64,000 bases of DNA, taken from positions 556 to 64,555 of the forward strand of contig SHXQ01000008.1 of assembly GCA_009693255.1 (NCBI GenBank), given 5' to 3'. This document shows positions 57,512 through 64,000 of the stretch, piece by piece. The notes under the pieces are model-generated. The model was not told where the DNA came from. It made no database searches and was given only the letters and a program-made list of their open reading frames with translations. The first letter of the stretch is position 1. The number at the start of each line of letters is the position of its first letter. Source of the stretch: Methylotenera sp. (GTDB lineage: Bacteria > Pseudomonadota > Gammaproteobacteria > Burkholderiales > Methylophilaceae). The translations under genes were made by a program, and so were the position numbers.

Positions 57512-57541
57512 GTCATATGCAATATTACGCTAACGAACCGG

Positions 57542-57928
57542 ATGGGATTTAATATGTTTTTTAAAAAAAGTAACCGCGTGCAAAATAGCATAGAGACCCT
57601 TGTGGGTGTAGATACCTGTATTGAAGGTGACGTTCATTTTTCGGGTGGCTTACGTGTTGATGGCGCTATTCGTGGAAATGTGAGTGAGCCAAATGCTAGC
57701 CCAGGCACGCTAATTTTAAGTGAGCTTGGAAGTATTGAAGGCGCAGTGACGGCCTCTAAAATCGTTCTTAACGGAAAAGTAACCGGCACAGTAACGGCGG
57801 GTCAATTTATTGAGTTGCAATCGAAGTCACGTATTACGGGTGATGTTTATTATAAATCCTTAGAAATGCACACCGGCGCTGTGATTGAAGGTAAGTTGGT
57901 TTTATTGGGTGATAACTCGCCAGAGTGA
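57542..57928 (+). CDS. Bactofilin (polymer-forming cytoskeletal protein)
   Basis: IEGDVHFSGGLRVDGAIRGNV ... ITGDVYYKSLEMHTGAVIEG. Confidence 0.93.
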   Translation: MGFNMFFKKSNRVQNSIETLVGVDTCIEGDVHFSGGLRVDGAIRGNVSEPNASPGTLILSELGSIEGAVTASKIVLNGKVTGTVTAGQFIELQSKSRITGDVYYKSLEMHTGAVIEGKLVLLGDNSPE

Positions 57929-58019
57929 GATGATGCTAATCATTAGGGCTAAACCAAACATTGATTGACCTAGCAGCTTTGCCGTAGCATAATGATTTTA
58001 TTGAGAAATTTAGGAGTAT

Positions 58020-58397
58020 ATGATGAATGCTGTAACTGAGATGCAAAATGTAGATTTAAGCAAAATGCCGGCCCCTTTAGTTTTTACTGATAATGCGGCT
58101 AAGAAAGTGAAAGAACTCATTGAAGAGGAAGGCTCGCCTGATCTTAAACTCCGTGTGTTTGTCAGCGGTGGCGGTTGCTCAGGCTTTCAATATGGCTTTA
58201 CCTTTGAAGAAGAAGTCAACGAAGATGATACGCAAGTTCAAAAAGACAGCGTAACATTGCTGATAGATCCCATGAGCTTGCAGTATTTGATGGGCGCTGA
58301 GATTGATTACCAAGATAGTTTGCAAGGTTCGCAATTTGTCATTCGTAACCCACAGGCCACGACCACTTGCGGTTGCGGCTCTTCTTTTTCAGTTTAA
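58020..58397 (+). CDS. erpA: Fe-S cluster insertion protein ErpA
   Basis: [19 protein letters not shown]. Confidence 0.96.
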   Translation: MMNAVTEMQNVDLSKMPAPLVFTDNAAKKVKELIEEEGSPDLKLRVFVSGGGCSGFQYGFTFEEEVNEDDTQVQKDSVTLLIDPMSLQYLMGAEIDYQDSLQGSQFVIRNPQATTTCGCGSSFSV

Positions 58398-58411
58398 GTA
58401 CCGCTGATATG

Positions 58412-58441
58412 AAAAAAGCCAAGCGATTGCTTGGCTTTTTT
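58412..58441. terminator. Bidirectional terminator between erpA and gltA
   Basis: AAAAAAGCCAAGC-GATT-GCTTGGCTTTTTT. Confidence 0.9.
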
Positions 58442-58462
58442 ATTTGGTGAATGGTCGTAAAT

Positions 58463-59758
58463 TTAGCGTTCACCAATAGGGACTAGGTCGCGCCTCTTGG
58501 CCCCTGTATACAATTGTCTTGGGCGTCCAATTTTATGATCTTCATCTGAAATCATTTCAGACCACTGCGCAACCCAGCCGGCTGTTCTAGCCATTGCAAA
58601 AATTGCGGTGAACATTGAGTTTGGAATGCCCAGCGCGCGCATAACAATACCGCTATAGAAATCGACATTGGGGTAAAGCTTGCGTGAGACAAAATACTCA
58701 TCTTCCAACGCTATTTTTTCAAGCGCCATGGCTAGTTTGAACATGGGGTCGCCATTTAATCCCAGTTCATTTAGCACTTCATGACAAGTGGTCCGCATGA
58801 TTTTTGCCCGCGGGTCCATATTGCGATAGACCCGGTGACCAAATCCCATCAGTCTGAAGCTGTCATTTTTGTCTTTGGCGCGTTTAATAAATTCACCTAT
58901 GCGTGAAACGTCACCAATTTCTTCCAACATGCTCAGTGTCGCTTCATTGGCGCCACCGTGTGCAGGCCCCCAAAGGGATGCAATGCCAGCTGAAATGCAG
59001 GCAAACGGGTTGGCGCCACTAGAACCTACTAATCGAACGGTGCTTGTTGAGGCATTTTGCTCGTGATCGGCATGTAAAATTAAAATACGCTCAAACGCTT
59101 TGGATAATACTGGGTTAGGCTCATACTTTTCGCATGGCGTTGCAAACATCATATGCATGAAGTTTTCTGCATAATTGAGATGGTTTTGCGGGTACATAAA
59201 CGGCTGGCCTAGATTGTATTTGTAACTCCAGGCGGCAATAGTCGGTACTTTAGCGAGTAGGCGGTGGGCTGAAATTTCACGATGTTTTGCGTCTCGAATA
59301 TCCATCGCATCAAAGTAGAATGCTGAAAGTGAGCCGACAACCCCAACCATGACCGCCATAGGATGCGCATCACGCCTGAAACCGCGAAATATATTGCTAA
59401 GCTGGTCATGCAGCATCGTGCTGCCATTAATGGTATTGGTGAATTGTTGTTTTTGTTCAACGTTAGGCAGCTCACCATGTAGTAGCAGGTAAGATACTTC
59501 CATGAAATTACAATGTTCAGCCAGTTGTTCAATGGGGTAGCCGCGGTAATAGAGCAGCCCTTTTTCACCGTCAATAAAAGTAATGTCAGAGTTGCAGGCC
59601 GCGGTAGACATAAAGCCAGGGTCATAGGTAAATAAGCCATGCTTACCTAGACTGCGGATGTCAATGACGTCATTGCCAATGCTACCAGAGAGTATTGGCA
59701 ATTCAATAGGCGCTGCACCATTGTCAAAAGTAATCGTGGCTTTAGTTGGTTTATTCAT
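58463..59758 (-). CDS. gltA: Citrate synthase
   Basis: [34 protein letters not shown]. Confidence 0.99.
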   Translation of the reverse strand: MNKPTKATITFDNGAAPIELPILSGSIGNDVIDIRSLGKHGLFTYDPGFMSTAACNSDITFIDGEKGLLYYRGYPIEQLAEHCNFMEVSYLLLHGELPNVEQKQQFTNTINGSTMLHDQLSNIFRGFRRDAHPMAVMVGVVGSLSAFYFDAMDIRDAKHREISAHRLLAKVPTIAAWSYKYNLGQPFMYPQNHLNYAENFMHMMFATPCEKYEPNPVLSKAFERILILHADHEQNASTSTVRLVGSSGANPFACISAGIASLWGPAHGGANEATLSMLEEIGDVSRIGEFIKRAKDKNDSFRLMGFGHRVYRNMDPRAKIMRTTCHEVLNELGLNGDPMFKLAMALEKIALEDEYFVSRKLYPNVDFYSGIVMRALGIPNSMFTAIFAMARTAGWVAQWSEMISDEDHKIGRPRQLYTGAKRRDLVPIGER

Positions 59759-59870
59759 TTGAGTGGGTCTTAATGATTAGTCTTAATTGAGGACAATTAT
59801 ACTTTAATGAAGCGCTTAGATGCACAATGAAAAGTGCTTGCTTGCCACAATTTACCTAACCGATTGGCGG

Positions 59871-61049
59871 TTAATTTTGGTAGATAGCACCCAATATGCG
59901 TCGGCCTTTTGCCCCAGTGACCTCTGCTACATTAGCTGTATTTCCATAGATACATTGCTTGGCTAGCCATGCAAAAGCTATAGCTTCTACCCAATCTACA
60001 CCAATACCAAGGCTTGTAGTGCTGTCGCACTTGGTGTTGCCTAGTAAGGCTTGCAGGTTTTGCACCAGTAAATCATTATGCGCACCGCCGCCGCACAGAT
60101 ATACCTCATCAAATTGCCCGCAATATTGAGTGAGTGCCTTGTAAATAGTCTGCGCTGTCAGCGCAACTAAGGTATTCGCCACATCTTGCGGGCGGTTATT
60201 GGTGGCTAAGGTAGATGCGGTCTGGCGCTTTTTTTCTAACCAGTCGTCGTTAAATAAGTCGCGGCCTGTGCTTTTTGGCGGCGCTAATGCAAAATAAGGC
60301 TCAGCTAACATCGCACATAATAAGGGTGCGATTAACTGGCCTGTACTAGCCCAGGCACCATTGGCATCATAGTCTAGATTTTTATGTTGCTTAATCCATG
60401 CGTCTAGTAGCATGTTCCCTGGTCCAGAATCAAAACCAAAGATGATGTTTGACACGGGTGAGCGACTAGACTCGGTGCGCCCAAGATAAGTGATGTTAGC
60501 AATGCCACCAATATTGATAATCACTCTATTAGCGTGCTTGCTGGCAAATACGGCTTGGTGGAATGCCGGCACTAGTGGTGCGCCTTGGCCACCGGCAGCA
60601 ATATCGCGACTTCTGAAGTCGGAGACTACGGTAATACCCGTCAGCTCACTAAGTAAAGCGGCGTTACCGATTTGTAAGGTAAACCCGACCCCATCTTTAA
60701 ATCCAGGCCTATGCCTTATCGTTTGGCCATGACAACCAATGGCTGTAATTTTACTGGGCGATAAGTCAGCGCTAGACAGCAATTGATTAACCGCGCTAGC
60801 GTATAGCTTGGCGAGCGCATTACCTATCAGCGCCGTCGCTTCTAATTCGTTTGCTGTGGGCTGTTGTAGCGCTAGAATTTCTGAGCGCAAGCTTGAGGGG
60901 TAGGCTAAAAAATGGGTGTGCAATACACGCGCTTGCTCATTAGCCGGTGGCTGCTTGCTGTCATTAAACTCAACCAATGCAACATCCACACCATCTAGGC
61001 TGGTGCCAGACATTAGTCCGATGAAAAGCGTGCCTGTCATGTCTATCAT
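59871..61049 (-). CDS. anmK: Anhydro-N-acetylmuramic acid kinase
   Basis: GLMSGTSLDGVD, HGQT, GGQGAPLVP. Confidence 0.98.
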   Translation of the reverse strand: MIDMTGTLFIGLMSGTSLDGVDVALVEFNDSKQPPANEQARVLHTHFLAYPSSLRSEILALQQPTANELEATALIGNALAKLYASAVNQLLSSADLSPSKITAIGCHGQTIRHRPGFKDGVGFTLQIGNAALLSELTGITVVSDFRSRDIAAGGQGAPLVPAFHQAVFASKHANRVIINIGGIANITYLGRTESSRSPVSNIIFGFDSGPGNMLLDAWIKQHKNLDYDANGAWASTGQLIAPLLCAMLAEPYFALAPPKSTGRDLFNDDWLEKKRQTASTLATNNRPQDVANTLVALTAQTIYKALTQYCGQFDEVYLCGGGAHNDLLVQNLQALLGNTKCDSTTSLGIGVDWVEAIAFAWLAKQCIYGNTANVAEVTGAKGRRILGAIYQN

Positions 61050-61070
61050 TACCGTTTGTAAGGGTTGAAG

Positions 61071-62489
61071 TTAATCTAAGGCCGCGATATTACTGTTAGC
61101 TAGCAACTTAAGATTAGTGCTCAGTTGGGCACTAATCTTATCAAAGGCTAGCTTATCTTGCCCGACCACTGGATTAGCTTTGAGCAAGGCTACTGTCATA
61201 GGGTCGCGATGTTGACCGTTAACTAAGAATTCATAATGCAGATGCGGTCCCGTACTTAAACCCGTCATGCCGACAAAGCCAATAACATCACCTTGACTGA
61301 CTTTTTTTCCACGGCGTAGTCCATTTGTAAAGTGCGACAAATGGCCATATACCGTACTAATGCCATTATCATGTTTAAGTACAATCACATTGCCATAGCC
61401 GCCCTTTTGGCCAACAAAATTAACCACAGCATCACCAGACGCCCTAATTCGCGTACCGATAGGCGCAGCCATATCGGTGCCTTCATGCGCTTTTATACGC
61501 TGTAAAATTGGGTGAAAGCGCCCTAAGCTAAAACCCGAACTCACGCGGGTAAATTCAAGAGGGGAGCGTAAAAATGATTTATGCAAGCTTTTGCCTTCAG
61601 GGGTGTAGTACTGCATCTCGCCTGCAACAGCGCGGTAACCAATCGCTTGATAGGTTATACCGTTATTTACGAACTCCGCTGCAAGTACGTCACCTGTTTT
61701 TACTAACTCGCCTTGGTCATAACTGCCTTCATAAATCACATTGAAGTGGTCTCCGCGACGCAAATCTGTATTAAAGTCAATTTCACTTTCAAACATTTCA
61801 GCGACTTGAATGGCGATATTGTCAGGAATGTTGGCGTCATCGGTTGCGCCAAACAATGAATTTTTGATGATAGCAGACTTTAATAGGGGTCGACTTTCAA
61901 GTACATGCGCCACTTTGCTCGCTTCATAGCCAACCGCCGTTTGCTTGATGCTAATAAACAGATCCGCATTTAATTGATATTCAAGCGAAATCAAGTTTCC
62001 ATCGCTATCAGTTTGCGCTTCCATGGTATGGCCAGGTTTTAATGCAGCGCTAATTTCGTTGGCGGCCATATTATTACGAATAAAGTTAATCGCATCCTGA
62101 CTATGAATGTTTAAGCGCGACAGTATATTGTTCAAGGTGTCATCGCGGCGCACATGATCTTTATACCAAAAATGTTGCTCAGCAACATTAGCAAGCCTAT
62201 CATCGGTGTCATGAAGTGCGATTTCCTCTACCACGGTGACGGAAGAAATATTACCCACCATGGCTTGTGGGGCAATACCAAAGGCGGCATAAATGCCGAA
62301 TAAAGGCAGGCAAGAAACTGCTAAAATCCAGCGCAATGTTATTTTCCGCTCAGAAATAAGCTGAAGCTTACATTCAGCTTTATCTTCAATTTGGGCTAAA
62401 ATAGCACTTTGCTCAGAGGCTGGTATTAGATTGCCTTTAGCAAAATAATTAAAGGTGGTGTGATGTTGATTGAGCTCGTTAGTATCCAC
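61071..62489 (-). CDS. M23 family peptidoglycan DD-endopeptidase
   Basis: HEGTD, YGHLS, TGPHLHYE motifs. Confidence 0.95.
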   Translation of the reverse strand: MDTNELNQHHTTFNYFAKGNLIPASEQSAILAQIEDKAECKLQLISERKITLRWILAVSCLPLFGIYAAFGIAPQAMVGNISSVTVVEEIALHDTDDRLANVAEQHFWYKDHVRRDDTLNNILSRLNIHSQDAINFIRNNMAANEISAALKPGHTMEAQTDSDGNLISLEYQLNADLFISIKQTAVGYEASKVAHVLESRPLLKSAIIKNSLFGATDDANIPDNIAIQVAEMFESEIDFNTDLRRGDHFNVIYEGSYDQGELVKTGDVLAAEFVNNGITYQAIGYRAVAGEMQYYTPEGKSLHKSFLRSPLEFTRVSSGFSLGRFHPILQRIKAHEGTDMAAPIGTRIRASGDAVVNFVGQKGGYGNVIVLKHDNGISTVYGHLSHFTNGLRRGKKVSQGDVIGFVGMTGLSTGPHLHYEFLVNGQHRDPMTVALLKANPVVGQDKLAFDKISAQLSTNLKLLANSNIAALD

Positions 62490-62603
62490 GGGCTGACCTA
62501 TATAAGTTTAGTGTGGTGCTGGATATTAACAGAAAACTCAATTAGAACAACTAAATGAGCGCTCACTATCAATGTTTTCGGTAATGATTAAGGATAAAAA
62601 TAC

Positions 62604-63803
62604 GTGAAGAGCGACATCAATCAACAGCTTGCAATTATTAAACGCGGCGCAGAAGAGCTTTTAATTGAAGCTGAGTTGGTAGAAAAACTTAAAAAAAATG
62701 TGCCGCTTAGAATTAAAGCGGGGTTCGACCCGACCGCACCAGATCTGCACTTAGGGCATACAGTGCTGCTCAATAAATTGCGTCAATTTCAAGAGTTGGG
62801 TCATCAAGTGCTGTTTTTAATAGGTGATTTCACCGGCATGATAGGCGACCCAACGGGAAAAAGTACCACGCGACCACCATTAACGGCAGAGCAAGTCGCA
62901 GAAAATGCTAAGTCGTATACCGCCCAAGTATTCAAAATACTAAAACTAGAGCAAACCGAAGTGGTATTTAATTCTACCTGGTTGAATAACTTGGGGGCCG
63001 CCGGCATGCTCAAGTTAGCCGCCAGCCATACTGTTGCCCGTATGCTAGAACGTGAGGATTTCTCTAAAAGGTATAAGTCAAATCAGCCGATTGCGATTCA
63101 TGAGTTTTTATACCCACTACTACAAGGCTATGACTCTGTTGCGCTAAAGGCGGACGTTGAGCTGGGAGGTACGGATCAGAAATTCAATCTACTCATGGGG
63201 AGAGAGTTACAAAAGCAGGCGGGCATGTCGCAACAGTGTGTATTGACTATGCCGTTACTCGAGGGCTTGGATGGCGTCAATAAGATGTCTAAGTCATTAG
63301 GCAACTACATCGGCATTGCCGAAGCGCCTGAAGTCATTTTTGCAAAAATAATGTCAATTTCAGATGTATTAATGTGGCGTTATATAGAGTTGCTATCATT
63401 CGAATCGCTAGAAACCATTGCCAAATGGAAGGCTGATGTAGCGGCAGGTAATAATCCGCGTGATATTAAAGTGGGTTTTGCGCAAGAGATTGTAGCGCGT
63501 TTCCATAGCCAAGCCGCCGCAGAAAAAGCGCTAGCAGACTTTCAAACTAGAGCTAAAGGCGGCATTCCAGATGATGTGCCTGACGTTAGCATCAAGATTG
63601 AGGGGGAGTGTATTGGTGTTGCGCAGTTGCTTAAGCTTGCGGGCTTGGTGGAAAGCACCTCGGAAGCCTATCGAGCAATTGAGCAGGGTGGTGTAAAACT
63701 TGACAGTGAGAAAGTCACGGATAGAAACTTACAGCTGAATAAAGGGGTAGTGGTCGTGGTTCAGGTGGGTAAGCGTAAGTTCGCAAGTGTAACAGTTTTG
63801 TAA
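62604..63803 (+). CDS. tyrS: Tyrosine--tRNA ligase
   Basis: HLGH, KMSKS, C-terminal S4 domain. Confidence 0.99.
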   Translation: MKSDINQQLAIIKRGAEELLIEAELVEKLKKNVPLRIKAGFDPTAPDLHLGHTVLLNKLRQFQELGHQVLFLIGDFTGMIGDPTGKSTTRPPLTAEQVAENAKSYTAQVFKILKLEQTEVVFNSTWLNNLGAAGMLKLAASHTVARMLEREDFSKRYKSNQPIAIHEFLYPLLQGYDSVALKADVELGGTDQKFNLLMGRELQKQAGMSQQCVLTMPLLEGLDGVNKMSKSLGNYIGIAEAPEVIFAKIMSISDVLMWRYIELLSFESLETIAKWKADVAAGNNPRDIKVGFAQEIVARFHSQAAAEKALADFQTRAKGGIPDDVPDVSIKIEGECIGVAQLLKLAGLVESTSEAYRAIEQGGVKLDSEKVTDRNLQLNKGVVVVVQVGKRKFASVTVL

Positions 63804-63819
63804 CACTGTACTTTAGCGC

Positions 63820-63863
63820 TTGACCAAATTGCCAACCACTGTAGAATGCGCGCCTTCGCTAAC
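63820..63863 (+). promoter_or_regulatory. rRNA-type promoter P1
   Basis: TTGACC-16 bp-TAGAAT-GCGCGCC-TTCGCTAAC; a 16-bp spacer and GC-rich discriminator are typical of rrn promoters. Confidence 0.75.
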
Positions 63864-63954
63864 GAAACAAGTGAGTGAAGATCAGTAAAACAGATCAAAA
63901 ATAGGTCGCTTTAAAACTAAGTTAATAATAATTGCAGATTTTAGTAAATTACAG

Positions 63955-63998
63955 TTGACGAGATTTCATAGCCCTGTAAAATGCGCCGCTTCGCTAAC
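63955..63998 (+). promoter_or_regulatory. rRNA-type promoter P2 (rRNA operon likely follows beyond the window)
   Basis: TTGACG-16 bp-TAAAAT-GCGCCGC-TTCGCTAAC, same architecture as P1. Confidence 0.75.
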
Positions 63999-64000
63999 AA

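Overview
Origin-proximal chromosomal segment of a betaproteobacterium, most likely Methylophilaceae (Methylotenera-like). This is inferred from a PqqA peptide (MWTTPAATEMRFGFEVTMYVMNK), a cytochrome c''-type protein and the gene order. The core is glmS-glmU-atp operon-parAB-rsmG-mnmG-mnmE-yidC-yidD-rnpA-rpmH | dnaA-oriC-dnaN-gyrB, followed by the prmA/acc/aroQ/dsbD, hemCDXY, argH, hemW-rdgB-rph, gmk-rpoZ-spoT-recG, ubiCA, rplM-rpsI, argC-erpA, gltA, anmK and tyrS loci, ending in tandem rRNA-type promoters. The first ~1.25 kb is an AT-rich island edge abutting the glmS stop codon. It shows no Tn7 end, but it carries a 120-codon frame with no canonical start codon that opens inside the last codons of glmS and resembles the DNA-binding 'recombinase' domain of large serine recombinases; this is the best candidate for an undescribed system. 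Other oddities the ORF track misses or mis-calls: hemW needing a non-canonical start, an in-frame AlgZ/AlgR deletion fusion, an atpG loop insertion plus a duplicated atpG 3' end, parS sites inside long perfect palindromes, a 53-bp palindrome with a PmrA/QseB-type box, an orphan pqqA, and rpmH. All family assignments are by eye and memory; no searches were run.
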